Shown here piece after piece: positions 53,323-63,312 of a stretch of 64,000 nt of DNA. The notes below the pieces were generated by a model. That model ran no database searches, was not told the origin of the DNA, and was given only the letters and a program-made list of their open reading frames with translations. The first letter of the stretch is position 1, and each line of letters starts with the position of its first letter. This DNA comes from Burkholderiales bacterium (GTDB taxonomy: Bacteria; Pseudomonadota; Gammaproteobacteria; Burkholderiales; Ga0077523), in contig JAIESW010000023.1 in the NCBI GenBank assembly GCA_019745565.1, forward strand, positions 17,835 to 81,834, in the 5' to 3' direction. Made by a program: the position numbers and the translations under genes.

Positions 53323-56070
53323 GTGACACCCCTGCAGACGACACCCGAGCGTTCCACAGCGTCGCGATCCACGCGGCGCCTCGTCGCGAGCTTCGCGAGC
53401 ATCGCGATGCTGGTGATGGCGCTCTGGGTCGTATCCGGGGTCTACACGTGGCGCACCGTGAAGACGGAGCAGGCCGGGCAGCTCGCCAACCTGGTCGATC
53501 TGGCGGCCCGGTCGTGCGACGTGTTCTTCCGCCGCTACGCGGAACAGCTGCCGACGCTCGCGGTCGATGTACGGACCGAAGGTGGTCTCCGGAATCCGGC
53601 CGGGGTGCACAAGGTGCTCTCCCGGTTCCACAAGCAGGCGTCGGAACTGGCCGCGGTCAACGTGCTGTCGCCGGACGGACACGTGATGGTCTCGACCTTC
53701 ACCGACGATCGGATCGTCGCGGCCAACCCGATGACCAACCCCACCTTCCGCGAGGAATTCGAGCGTGCTCTGGCCGTCGACGGCGTGTCCGTGGGTCGGC
53801 CGTTCTATGGCCTCATCCTCGGGGAGTGGGTGATGAGCATGCGCCTGCGGGAAGTGGGCGAGGACGGCAAGGTTCTCCACGTGATTTCGGCGGTGCTGCG
53901 CCTCGCGGACCAGCAGGCGCTGTGGCGCGGCGTGTCCCTGCCCGAAGGGGCGGTGATCGGCCTGCTGCGCGACGACGGCTACCTGCAGAGCCGCCTGCCG
54001 CTCACGCCCGAGCCGTCGAAGGCGTATGGCGAGCGCCACATCAGCTACCTCACCGAACTCCTGGAGCGCGACGGCTATCCGGAAGCCGGCATCGCGGAGG
54101 GCACGAGCGGGATCGCACGCAACTACCGTCTGCTCGCGTTCCGGCGCCTGCAGTCGCAACCCATGACGGCGTACCTCACCGTGCCGATCGACGTGGTCTG
54201 GACCGCCTGGCGCCAGCGCGTGCAGGTTCCGTTCGTGCTGTTCGCGCTGCTGCTGAGCGGTGTGACCTTTGCGGGCATATGGAGCGTGCGCAGCCAGCGC
54301 CATGAGACCGGCCGCCGCGACGCGGCCGAAGCGATCCTGCTCAATCGGGAGGCGGAGTTGCAGCGCCAGACGGTGCTGCTGGAGGCCACCCAGCGAGCCG
54401 CCGGCGTCGGCGGTTGGGAGATCGACATCGCGTCCGGTCACCTGTACTGGACTGCCGAGATGTACCGCATCCATGAAATCGCGCCGGAGGACTACGTCCC
54501 TTCGCTCGACACCGCGCTCGAGTTTTTCGCACCGGAAGCGCGCGCGACGATCCGCGACGCGTTCGAGTCGTCACTCAGCGAAGGCAAGTCCTGGGACGTC
54601 GAACTGGAGCTGATCACCGCCAAGGGGCGGCGCATCTGGACGCGGGCCACCGGGGCAGCCCGAATGGGCACCCGCGGCAGTCCGGTGAAGGCATCGGGCT
54701 CGCTGCAGGACATCAGCAGCCGGCGCGAGGCCGAGGAACGCATCCGGCGCATGGCGCACTACGACGAGCTCACCGGGCTCGCGAACCGGGCGCTGTTCAC
54801 GGCCCAGCTGGTCCACGCCATCTCGCGCGCGGAGCGCTGGGGCAAGCGGCTCGCCGTGCTCTTCATCGATCTCGATCGCTTCAAGAACATCAACGACAGC
54901 CTGGGCCACGACGTCGGCGACGAGGTGCTGCACGAGATCGGGCGGCGTCTGGTCGGCACCATGCGCGCCGCGGACCTGGTCGCCCGGCTCGGCGGCGACG
55001 AATTCGTGATCCTGATCGAGGAACTGGAGAACCCGGACCGGCTCACGGAACTGTGCCGCAAACTGCTGCGCACCATCGAGCAGCCGATCGCCGTGGCGAA
55101 GCGCGAGTTCCTGCTCTCCGCGAGCATCGGCATCGCGACCTACCCCGCCGACGGGCTCGATGCCCAGACGCTGCTCAAGCACGCGGACATCGCGATGTAC
55201 CGCGCGAAGGAAGGCGGCAAGAACACGTTCGAGTTCTTCTCCTCGCAACCGTACGTGCCGGCGATCGACGTGCTGTCCCTCGAAGCGCGCCTGCGGCGCG
55301 CGGTGATGGAGCTGCGCCAGTTCGTGCTGCACTACCAGCCGCAGGTGTCGGTCGCCGACGGCCGCATCACCGGCGTGGAAGCTCTCGTGCGCTGGTCGAC
55401 CCCGGAAGGCCTCGTGCCGCCGGGCGAGTTCATCGCGCTCGCCGAGGAGACAGGACTCATCGGCACACTCGGTTCATGGGTGCTGGGCAGCGCCTGCGCG
55501 CAGGCTCATGCGTGGCGCAAGCGCGGACTGCCGCGGCTGCGCATGGCCGTCAATCTGTCGGCGCGCCAGTTCTACGGCGCCCATCTGGTGGACGAGATGC
55601 GCGAAGTGATCCAGGTGACCGGCATCGATCCCCAGTGCCTCGAGATCGAGATCACCGAGAGCGTGATGATGAAGAACATCGAGCACGTCGCGAAACAGCT
55701 GAAGAGCCTCAAGGACATCGGCGTCGGCATCGCCGTGGACGATTTCGGCACCGGCTACTCGTCGCTCGCTTATCTGAAGCGGTTGCCCATCGACTGCCTC
55801 AAGATCGACCGCTCGTTCGTCCGCGACGTACCGCACGACCATGACGACGCCGAGATCGCCCGTGCGGTCGTCGCGCTCGCGCACAGCCTGCGGCTCAAGG
55901 TGGTCGCCGAAGGCGTGGAGACGCAGGCGCAACTCGAGTTCCTCGCCGCGCTCGGTTGCGACGAGATCCAGGGCTATCTGTTCAGCCATCCGCGGGTCGC
56001 GGTGGACATCGAAGACTTCTTGCGGCGCGACGTGCGCCTCGGAACCATGCCAGTGCGCGCTTCGGCCTGA
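53323..56070 (+). CDS. Sensor diguanylate cyclase/phosphodiesterase, tandem paralog of the preceding gene
   Basis: The first canonical in-frame start after the upstream stop is GTG at 53323. Same architecture: LGGDEF with [27 protein letters not shown]. Confidence 0.88.
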   Translation: MTPLQTTPERSTASRSTRRLVASFASIAMLVMALWVVSGVYTWRTVKTEQAGQLANLVDLAARSCDVFFRRYAEQLPTLAVDVRTEGGLRNPAGVHKVLSRFHKQASELAAVNVLSPDGHVMVSTFTDDRIVAANPMTNPTFREEFERALAVDGVSVGRPFYGLILGEWVMSMRLREVGEDGKVLHVISAVLRLADQQALWRGVSLPEGAVIGLLRDDGYLQSRLPLTPEPSKAYGERHISYLTELLERDGYPEAGIAEGTSGIARNYRLLAFRRLQSQPMTAYLTVPIDVVWTAWRQRVQVPFVLFALLLSGVTFAGIWSVRSQRHETGRRDAAEAILLNREAELQRQTVLLEATQRAAGVGGWEIDIASGHLYWTAEMYRIHEIAPEDYVPSLDTALEFFAPEARATIRDAFESSLSEGKSWDVELELITAKGRRIWTRATGAARMGTRGSPVKASGSLQDISSRREAEERIRRMAHYDELTGLANRALFTAQLVHAISRAERWGKRLAVLFIDLDRFKNINDSLGHDVGDEVLHEIGRRLVGTMRAADLVARLGGDEFVILIEELENPDRLTELCRKLLRTIEQPIAVAKREFLLSASIGIATYPADGLDAQTLLKHADIAMYRAKEGGKNTFEFFSSQPYVPAIDVLSLEARLRRAVMELRQFVLHYQPQVSVADGRITGVEALVRWSTPEGLVPPGEFIALAEETGLIGTLGSWVLGSACAQAHAWRKRGLPRLRMAVNLSARQFYGAHLVDEMREVIQVTGIDPQCLEIEITESVMMKNIEHVAKQLKSLKDIGVGIAVDDFGTGYSSLAYLKRLPIDCLKIDRSFVRDVPHDHDDAEIARAVVALAHSLRLKVVAEGVETQAQLEFLAALGCDEIQGYLFSHPRVAVDIEDFLRRDVRLGTMPVRASA

Positions 56071-56118
56071 TGTCGCGGCGGGCCGGCCGTGTGACGCCGA
56101 CCCTGCAGGAGCGACGGC

Positions 56119-57309
56119 CTACTTGTTGTCCGCCGGTTTCACGGCGACTGGCTTGGCTTCGGCAGGCTTCGCCTCGGCCGGCTTGGCGGGCGGCGGCGCA
56201 CCCGGAGGCTGCTGCGGATTCACCTTGGCACCATCAGTCAATCCGGCGGGCGGGCTCACCACCACCGTGACACCCTCGTCGAGGCCGCTCGCGATGCGCA
56301 GCACCTTGCCGTCGGTGCTCGCCATGGTGATCGGCACCAAGTGCGCCTTGTTCTCGCCGTCGATGGTCGCGACCCAGGTCTTCTTGTCGCGGTTGATCAG
56401 CGCACCGGCCGGCACTTCGATGTAGCTGGTGGCGGGAATCAACAACGAAACGTTCACGAAACTACCCGCGACGAAGATGCCGGCCTTGTTGTCGAACTCG
56501 ACCTCGGTGCGCAGCGTACGGGTCCGCGCGTCGAGCTCGCCGGAAACCCGGGTCACCTTCGCCGCCACCTTGCGGTCCGGCACGGCGGCGTCGACCACTT
56601 CCGCGTCGAGGCCCGGTTTCGCATACGGCGCATCGGCCTGTTCGACGTACACCGTGACCTTGAGACGCGACGTATCGGCCACCGTGACCAGCGGCAACGC
56701 CGCCGTCTGGTTGCTGGCGGCGTTCGTGACCAGCGCCCCGGGATCGGCGAACCGCCCCGTCACCACGCCGGCGAACGGCGCCCGGATGGTGCGGTAGCTC
56801 GCGAGCGTCCTGATCTCGTTGATCTGGGATTCCGCGACGCGCACTTCGGTCTTGGCGTTGTCCAGCGTCTGCTGCGAGAAGAAGCCCTGCTTCGCGAGAT
56901 CCTCAGTGCGGCGCGCGATCTCGCGCTTGTTCTCGAGCGATGCCGTGATGGTGGCGATCTGGGCGTCGAGTTCGGGCGACTGGATCTCGGCGATGACCTG
57001 GCCGGTGGTCACCCGGTCACCCACGTCGACGTTGATGCGAGTGAGGTAGCCGCCCACCTTGCTGTAGAGCGTGGTGGACTTCACCGGCAGCACCTCGCCC
57101 ACCAGCGTCAGTCGGCGGATGTTCGGCCCGCGCTGCGACTTGGCGATCGTCACGTTCGGGCCGGCGGCGAGCTGCGCCGTCTTGGTCTTCGCCTCAGCCG
57201 CCTCCTTGCCTTCGCGGCCCTTCAGGAAGTACCACCAGGCGCCGGTGGCCACCGCGATCAGGACGATGCCGATCACGTAGAACACACCGAAGGAACGATT
57301 GCCCCGCAT
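56119..57309 (-). CDS. RND efflux periplasmic adaptor (membrane fusion protein, HlyD family)
   Basis: N-terminal TM anchor, coiled-coil hairpin and beta-barrel segments. C-terminal PAKPAEAKPAEAKPVAVKPA low-complexity tail. Confidence 0.88.
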   Translation of the reverse strand: MRGNRSFGVFYVIGIVLIAVATGAWWYFLKGREGKEAAEAKTKTAQLAAGPNVTIAKSQRGPNIRRLTLVGEVLPVKSTTLYSKVGGYLTRINVDVGDRVTTGQVIAEIQSPELDAQIATITASLENKREIARRTEDLAKQGFFSQQTLDNAKTEVRVAESQINEIRTLASYRTIRAPFAGVVTGRFADPGALVTNAASNQTAALPLVTVADTSRLKVTVYVEQADAPYAKPGLDAEVVDAAVPDRKVAAKVTRVSGELDARTRTLRTEVEFDNKAGIFVAGSFVNVSLLIPATSYIEVPAGALINRDKKTWVATIDGENKAHLVPITMASTDGKVLRIASGLDEGVTVVVSPPAGLTDGAKVNPQQPPGAPPPAKPAEAKPAEAKPVAVKPADNK

Positions 57310-57318
57310 CGTGATCTC

Positions 57319-60300
57319 CTAGACTGCGCCGACGCCCTGCGACTCGCGCTCGAAGCGGGCGTCGAGTTCGTGCAGGGTCGGCATCTTCCTGCGCATGAAG
57401 GTATACACGACCGGCACCACGAACAGCGTGGAGACGGTCGCCAGTATCAGGCCGCCGATCACGGCGATGCCGAGCGGCGCGTTCTGCTCGCCGGCCTCGC
57501 CCAGGCCGAGCGCCATGGGGATCATGCCGATGATCATTGCGAGTGCCGTCATCAGCACCGGGCGCAGCCGGGTGCGGCCGGCCTCGATAGCGGCGTCGAT
57601 CACGTCCACGTCCGGGTTGGCGACGCGGTAGTCGTTGGCGAAGCTCACGATCAGGATCGAGTTCGACACGCCGATACCCACCGCCATGATCGCCCCCATC
57701 AGCGACATGACGTTCACCGAAGTCCCGGTCAACGTGAGCATCCACAGGATGCCGATGAGCGCGCCCGGCACCGCCATCATGATGATGAACGGGTCGCTCC
57801 AGGACTGGAACAGCACGACCAACAGGGCATAGACCAGGATCACCGCCAGCACCAGGCCGAGCAGCAGGCTCTTGAACGAGGATTGCATGACGTCGTACTG
57901 GCCGCGGGTGATGATCTTCGTCGTCTTCGGGAAATCCTTCTCGGAAGTGATCTCGGCGATGCGCTTCTCGATGTCGCGCACGGTGCTGCCCAGGTCGCGA
58001 TCGTCGAGGTTGGCGGCGATGTCGATCACCCGCTGCACGGTGTAGTGCGACACCGACTGGTAGCTCGACTCCTGCTTCACCGTCGCGACGTTACCGAGCG
58101 AGATGACCGGCGCTCCGCGCTCGGCGGTCAGGACCCGCGCGCCGTTGGGCTGGAGGACCGGCGCGGTGACCGGCGACACCGGCGTGCTCATCAGCTGATC
58201 CACCGTCGACAGCCGCTCGGGCGGCGTCTGCACCGACACGGTGTAGTTCACGCCGTTGGGATTGAGGAAGTAGGAGGGGCTGATGATCGCGCTCGACGAC
58301 AGCGAGACCAGGGCGCTCGTGGCGATGTCGCGCTGGGTCAGCCCGAGCCGCGCGGCGCGCATGCGGTCCACGTCCACCTTGAGGGACGGATAGTTCAGCA
58401 CCTGCATCTGGCGGACGTCGGCCGTGCCGACGGTTTCCTCGATCGCCCGCTTCACTCTCGCGGCGTAGACCTGCGCGCGCTCGAAGTTGGAGTCCTGCAC
58501 CTGGATGTCGATGGGCGCGGGCAGGCCGAAGTTGAGCACCTGGGTCACGATGTCCGCGTTCTGGAAGTAGAACTCGGAGCCGGGATACTTGGGCGGCAGC
58601 ACCTTGCGGATCTCGCGCATGTAGTGCTCCACCGGCTTGTGCGGCTTCTTGAGAAGGATCAGGATCTCCGCGTCCATGCCGCTGATGTTGTCGGTGGGCA
58701 CCAGGGCCAGGTTGAAGAACAGCGGCACCCCGACCATGTCGTTGATGCGATCCAGCTCGGCTTCGGGAATGAGGCGCCGGATCTCGTCGTTGATCTCGAG
58801 CACGTACTTCTCGGTCTCCTCGATGCGCGTGCCGATGGGCGCCCGGAAGTGCAGCTTCATGATGCCGACGTCGGGCGTGGGGAAGAAATCGGTGCCCACC
58901 ACCTTCACGAGGGCCATGCTGACGCCGCCGAACGCGACGACCACGAGCATCATGAAGACGCGGTGGTGCATCACCATCGTGAGGATGCCGCCGTAGAAAT
59001 TCGTCAGCCTCCCGAGCAGCCATTCGCGCGCGTCATTGAACCGGGCCCCGAAGGATCGTCTGCCGCCCGGTGCGTGCTCGCCGTGATGCTCCCCTTCCAG
59101 CAGGAAGCGCGACAGCATCGGCACCAGCGTGAACGAAAGCACGTAGGAAGCGAGCAGCGAGAACACCACCGCGAGCGCGAGCGGCGTGAATAGGAACTTC
59201 GAGGCGCCGTACAGAAACGACACCGGGAAGAACACGATGCAGATGGCGAGCGTGGCCATGGTGCGCGGCAGGGCCACTTCGCGCGAGCCCTCGATGATCG
59301 CCACGGTGAGCGGCTGCCCGAGCGCCCGGTGCCGATGGATGTTCTCCACCGCCACGGTGGCGTCGTCCACCAGGATGCCGGTGGCGAGCGCGAGACCGCC
59401 GAGCGTCATGAGGTTGATCGTGTTGCCCGTCAGGTACAGGCAGATCACCCCGGCGAACATGGCACACGGAATCGACGTGATCACGACGATGGTGTTGCGC
59501 CAGCTGCCGAGGAACAGCAGGATCATGAGCGACACCAGGGCCGAGGCGATGACGGCTTCGCTCGCCACGTTGATGATGGCGGCTTTCACGAACTTCGACT
59601 GGTCGAAGTCGAGCGAGATGTCCATGCCCTCGGGCGCGCCGGCGCGGATATCCTCGAGGGCGTTGCGCACCCCGGCCACCACGTCCAGGCTGGACGCGTC
59701 CGCGTGCTTGAGGATCGTGAGGTAGGTGGCGCGTCGTCCGTCGACGTGGACGATGTTGCTCTGGACCGTGAAACCGTCCTCCACTCGCGCGACGTCGCCG
59801 ATGGTAACCGGCACGCCGCCCTGCACCTTGAGCGGCATCTTGTTGAAGTCGTCCACGGTCGCCGGGCTGGAGTTCATCAGCACGTTGTAGTCGAACGTGC
59901 CGATGCGCGCGGTACCCGAGGGAATGAGCAGGTTGGACGTCTGGATGGCGTTCACCACGTCGTTCGGCGACACGCCCTTCGCCGTCATCAGCGTCGGGTT
60001 CAGATCCACGGAGATCTGGCGCAGGCGGCCGCCGAACGGCGCCGGCGTCTGCAGGCCCGGGATGGTGAACAGCCTCACGCGGACGAAGTTGAACGCGTGG
60101 TCGAACATGCGCCCTTCCGGCAGCGTCTTGCTGGAGAAGGTCATGTTGACGATGGGTACGGTCGCCGGGTTGTAGGTGATGATCACCGGCGGCGAGATGC
60201 CCGGCGGCAGGATGCGCAGCACCGTGCCGTTGATCGCGTTGATCTGCGCGATAGCTGCGCCGATGTCCATGCCCGGATGGAAGAAGACCTTCACCAGGCC

Positions 60301-60570
60301 GATGCCGGGGATGCAGTTCGACTCGATGCGCTCGATGCCACTCACCGTGGTGGAGTAGGCGCGCTCCGAGATGATCACCACCCGGCGCTCCATCTCCTCG
60401 GCCGACAGGCCGGCGTACTGCCAGCCTACGAAGACCACCGGGATGTCGATCTTCGGGAAGAAGTCGACGATCATGCGCGTCGTCGCGAGCACGCCCAGCA
60501 ACAGGACGAGCAGCGACAGCACCGCCACGGTATACGGCCGGCGCAGCGCCAGCCGTACCAATTCCATCAT
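57319..60570 (-). CDS. RND efflux transporter permease (AcrB/AcrD/AcrF family)
   Basis: 1083 aa, 12-TM/two-large-loop organisation. N-terminus MELVRLALRRPYTVAVLSLLVLLLG is typical. Confidence 0.92.
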   Translation of the reverse strand: MMELVRLALRRPYTVAVLSLLVLLLGVLATTRMIVDFFPKIDIPVVFVGWQYAGLSAEEMERRVVIISERAYSTTVSGIERIESNCIPGIGLVKVFFHPGMDIGAAIAQINAINGTVLRILPPGISPPVIITYNPATVPIVNMTFSSKTLPEGRMFDHAFNFVRVRLFTIPGLQTPAPFGGRLRQISVDLNPTLMTAKGVSPNDVVNAIQTSNLLIPSGTARIGTFDYNVLMNSSPATVDDFNKMPLKVQGGVPVTIGDVARVEDGFTVQSNIVHVDGRRATYLTILKHADASSLDVVAGVRNALEDIRAGAPEGMDISLDFDQSKFVKAAIINVASEAVIASALVSLMILLFLGSWRNTIVVITSIPCAMFAGVICLYLTGNTINLMTLGGLALATGILVDDATVAVENIHRHRALGQPLTVAIIEGSREVALPRTMATLAICIVFFPVSFLYGASKFLFTPLALAVVFSLLASYVLSFTLVPMLSRFLLEGEHHGEHAPGGRRSFGARFNDAREWLLGRLTNFYGGILTMVMHHRVFMMLVVVAFGGVSMALVKVVGTDFFPTPDVGIMKLHFRAPIGTRIEETEKYVLEINDEIRRLIPEAELDRINDMVGVPLFFNLALVPTDNISGMDAEILILLKKPHKPVEHYMREIRKVLPPKYPGSEFYFQNADIVTQVLNFGLPAPIDIQVQDSNFERAQVYAARVKRAIEETVGTADVRQMQVLNYPSLKVDVDRMRAARLGLTQRDIATSALVSLSSSAIISPSYFLNPNGVNYTVSVQTPPERLSTVDQLMSTPVSPVTAPVLQPNGARVLTAERGAPVISLGNVATVKQESSYQSVSHYTVQRVIDIAANLDDRDLGSTVRDIEKRIAEITSEKDFPKTTKIITRGQYDVMQSSFKSLLLGLVLAVILVYALLVVLFQSWSDPFIIMMAVPGALIGILWMLTLTGTSVNVMSLMGAIMAVGIGVSNSILIVSFANDYRVANPDVDVIDAAIEAGRTRLRPVLMTALAMIIGMIPMALGLGEAGEQNAPLGIAVIGGLILATVSTLFVVPVVYTFMRRKMPTLHELDARFERESQGVGAV

Positions 60571-60737
60571 CTAGTTGAGCCCCTTGCTCTGACCGCCCCG
60601 AACGGGCCGCGCGCGCACCCAGCCGCGGCATTTCGATGGAATGGCGCCCCCCGCGGCGACCACTCGAGTGGTCTTGTTCCGGACGTCAATGATAGCCCCG
60701 GAGGGCGCGCGATCGAACGACACGGCGCAGAAAGCGA

Positions 60738-60762
60738 GCGGGCCGGCTTCGAGCCGGCCCGC
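60738..60762 (-). terminator. Rho-independent terminator downstream of grxD
   Basis: gcgggccggct-tcg-agccggcccgc, a perfect 11-bp stem. On the minus strand it is followed by tcgctttctgc. Confidence 0.6.
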
Positions 60763-60781
60763 AGCGTAGAACCAGTCGCGG

Positions 60782-61090
60782 TCACTTGGCGAAGAGCTTC
60801 TGCAACTCTCCGCTCTGATACATCTCGCGCATGATGTCGGCACCGCCGACGAATTCACCTTTCACGTAGAGCTGGGGAATGGTGGGCCAGCTCGAGAACT
60901 CCTTGATGCCCTGGCGCACCTCGTCGTCCTCCAGGACGTTGACGGTGGCCACTTCCTCGACGCCGCAGGCCTCGAGGATCTGCACCGCGGCGGCAGAGAA
61001 GCCGCACATCGGTGCGTCCGGCGTGCCCTTCATGTACAGCACGATCGAATTGTCGGTGACCTGCTTGCGGATGCGTTCCTGCGTATCCAT
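60782..61090 (-). CDS. grxD: Monothiol glutaredoxin (Grx4 family)
   Basis: Start [11 protein letters not shown] at 61090. CGFS active site. [16 protein letters not shown]. Confidence 0.93.
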   Translation of the reverse strand: MDTQERIRKQVTDNSIVLYMKGTPDAPMCGFSAAAVQILEACGVEEVATVNVLEDDEVRQGIKEFSSWPTIPQLYVKGEFVGGADIMREMYQSGELQKLFAK

Positions 61091-61243
61091 GGGTACGGCT
61101 CCTCGGAGGGGTCTGGGGCGGGTTCCGGGCCCGCGCGCCAAGTGGATGTCAATATTATCCGGTCGGCCGGCCGGGCAACAACCACGTCGGCCGTAGGGCC
61201 GAGATGGGGGCTGGCTGGCCGAAAGTCAAAGAAAAGCTTGAAA

Positions 61244-61326
61244 CACGAAGCACACGAAGGGAGCACGAAGGAAAGACCCTGAGGACATCCCTTCGCGCTC
61301 CCTTCGTGTGCTTCGCGTCCTTCGTG
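61244..61326. repeat. REP-like CACGAAGG / CCTTCGTG-unit hairpin element (copy B)
   Basis: Three forward units (61244, 61253, 61264) and four reverse units (61290, 61301, 61310, 61319). The 27-nt 3' end ccttcgtgtgcttcgcgtccttcgtgt differs at one base from 28361-28387. Confidence 0.8.
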
Positions 61327-61349
61327 TCGGCGGTTGCCTGCATCGCCCC

Positions 61350-62228
61350 TCAAGTCGAGACGGGAACCGCAAGCTGCCCCACCACCACTCGCGCACGCCC
61401 CGCCAGATCGTCGATGCCCTGCCGATCCGTGAAGCCGGCCTCCCGGAACAGCTCGAGGACCGCATCGCGTTGATCGAAACCGTGCTCCACCATCAGCACT
61501 CCACCGGGCTCGAGGTGATCGGAGGCCCGCGCCACGATATGCCGCAGATCCGCGAGCCCGTCGCTGCCGGCCACCAAGGCGCTCACCGGCTCATGCCCCA
61601 GGTCCGCCAGATGCGGATCACCGGTCGCCACGTAGGGCGGGTTCGCGACGATGCAGTCGAACCGCTGGCCGCTCACGGCCTCGAACCAGTGGGAACGCAG
61701 GAAGCGCACGTTGCCGGCCCCCAACCGCTCGGCGTTGAGCATCGCCACCCGCAGCGCCTCCGGGCTCGCATCGAGGGCCGTGACCTGGGCGCGCAACCGC
61801 TCCAGCGCCACGGTGATCGCGATGCAGCCGCTGCCGGTGCCGAGATCGAGCACGGTGGCCTCACGGTGCGGCGGCAGGCGACCGAGCGCGCACGTCACCA
61901 GCACTTCGGTATCCGGCCTCGGGATCAGCACGTCCGGCGTCACGACGAACACGCGATCGTGAAACGGTTGCTCCCCGAGCACGTACGCGAGCGGCTCGCC
62001 CGCAGCCAGGCGCGCCACATCGCCCGCATACGCATCAAGGTCGAACATCGCCGCGGGATCCCGTTCGCGCGCGATGCGCGCTGCGGGACTCAGCCGCAAC
62101 CTCGCCTCCCCCAACCGCTGGACCGCTCGCAAGGTCTCCGCGAACTCGCCACCGGCGGCCGCCACCACCCGATGCGCGTCGCCGCGCAACCGGTCGCCCA
62201 GCGTCGTCACCGCCGCCGCGGTGCTCAT
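61350..62228 (-). CDS. prmC: Release-factor glutamine N5-methyltransferase
   Basis: VLDLGTGSGCIAI, IVANPPYV (NPPY). Located downstream of prfA. Confidence 0.93.
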   Translation of the reverse strand: MSTAAAVTTLGDRLRGDAHRVVAAAGGEFAETLRAVQRLGEARLRLSPAARIARERDPAAMFDLDAYAGDVARLAAGEPLAYVLGEQPFHDRVFVVTPDVLIPRPDTEVLVTCALGRLPPHREATVLDLGTGSGCIAITVALERLRAQVTALDASPEALRVAMLNAERLGAGNVRFLRSHWFEAVSGQRFDCIVANPPYVATGDPHLADLGHEPVSALVAGSDGLADLRHIVARASDHLEPGGVLMVEHGFDQRDAVLELFREAGFTDRQGIDDLAGRARVVVGQLAVPVST

Positions 62229-62229
62229 C

Positions 62230-63312
62230 TCACATTTCCTCGGCGAGTGCCGCGAGCTGTTCGGCCTGGTGCTCGGCCACCAGCGCGCCGGTCAGTTCAT
62301 CCAGGTCGCCGTCCATGATCGCGTCGATCTTGTAGAGCGTGAGGTTGATGCGATGGTCGGTGACCCGGCCCTGCGGAAAGTTGTAGGTGCGGATGCGCTC
62401 GGATCGGTCGCCCGATCCCACCAGCGACTTGCGCGTCGCCGCGGTCTTCGCCGCCTGCTCGCGCAGCTGGGTGTCGCGGATCCGCGCGGCCAGCACCGCC
62501 AATGCCTGGGCCTTGTTCTTGTGCTGCGAGCGATCGTCCTGGCACTCGACCACGATGCCGGTCGGCAGATGCGTCACGCGCACGGCGGAATCGGTCTTGT
62601 TGATGTGCTGACCGCCGGCACCGGATGCGCGGAACGTGTCGATGCGGATCTCCGCCGGGTTGATCACGACGTCGCTCACCTCGTCCGCCTCGGGCAGCAC
62701 GGCCACCGTGCATGCGGACGTATGGATGCGCCCCTGGGTCTCGGTGACCGGCACCCGCTGCACGCGATGCGCGCCGGATTCGAACTTGAGCTTCGAATAC
62801 GCTCCCTGTCCGACAACCTTCGCGATGATCTCGCGATAGCCGCCGATCTCGGAAGCGCTGTGCGAGATCACTTCGACCTTCCAGCCGTTGCGCTCGGCAT
62901 AGCGCGAATACATGCGGTACAGATCGCCCGCGAACAGCGCGGACTCGTCGCCGCCGGTGCCGGCTCGGACCTCGAGAAACAGATTGCGTTCGTCGTTGGG
63001 GTCCTTGGGCAGGAGCTCCCGCTGCAGTTCGGCCTCGAGGCGCGTCAGCTTCTCGCGCGCGCTGCGGATCTCGCCTTCCGCGAAGTCGCGCATCTCGGGG
63101 TCCTGCGTCATCTCCTGTGCGGTGTCGAGGTCGTGCCGGCCCTGTTCGTGCTCCTGGTAGAGCGCCACGACCGGTTCGATCTCGGCATGCTCGCGCGTGA
63201 GTCGCCGATAGGCATCCATGTCCGCCGTCGCACCCTCGGAGGCGAGCAGGCGATTGATCTCCTCGAGCCGCGCGGACAGCTGCGCGAGCTTGGCCCGGAT
63301 GCTGGGTTTCAT
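62230..63312 (-). CDS. prfA: Peptide chain release factor 1
   Basis: PxT-type RF1 with GGQ motif ([11 protein letters not shown]). 360 aa. Confidence 0.96.
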   Translation of the reverse strand: MKPSIRAKLAQLSARLEEINRLLASEGATADMDAYRRLTREHAEIEPVVALYQEHEQGRHDLDTAQEMTQDPEMRDFAEGEIRSAREKLTRLEAELQRELLPKDPNDERNLFLEVRAGTGGDESALFAGDLYRMYSRYAERNGWKVEVISHSASEIGGYREIIAKVVGQGAYSKLKFESGAHRVQRVPVTETQGRIHTSACTVAVLPEADEVSDVVINPAEIRIDTFRASGAGGQHINKTDSAVRVTHLPTGIVVECQDDRSQHKNKAQALAVLAARIRDTQLREQAAKTAATRKSLVGSGDRSERIRTYNFPQGRVTDHRINLTLYKIDAIMDGDLDELTGALVAEHQAEQLAALAEEM

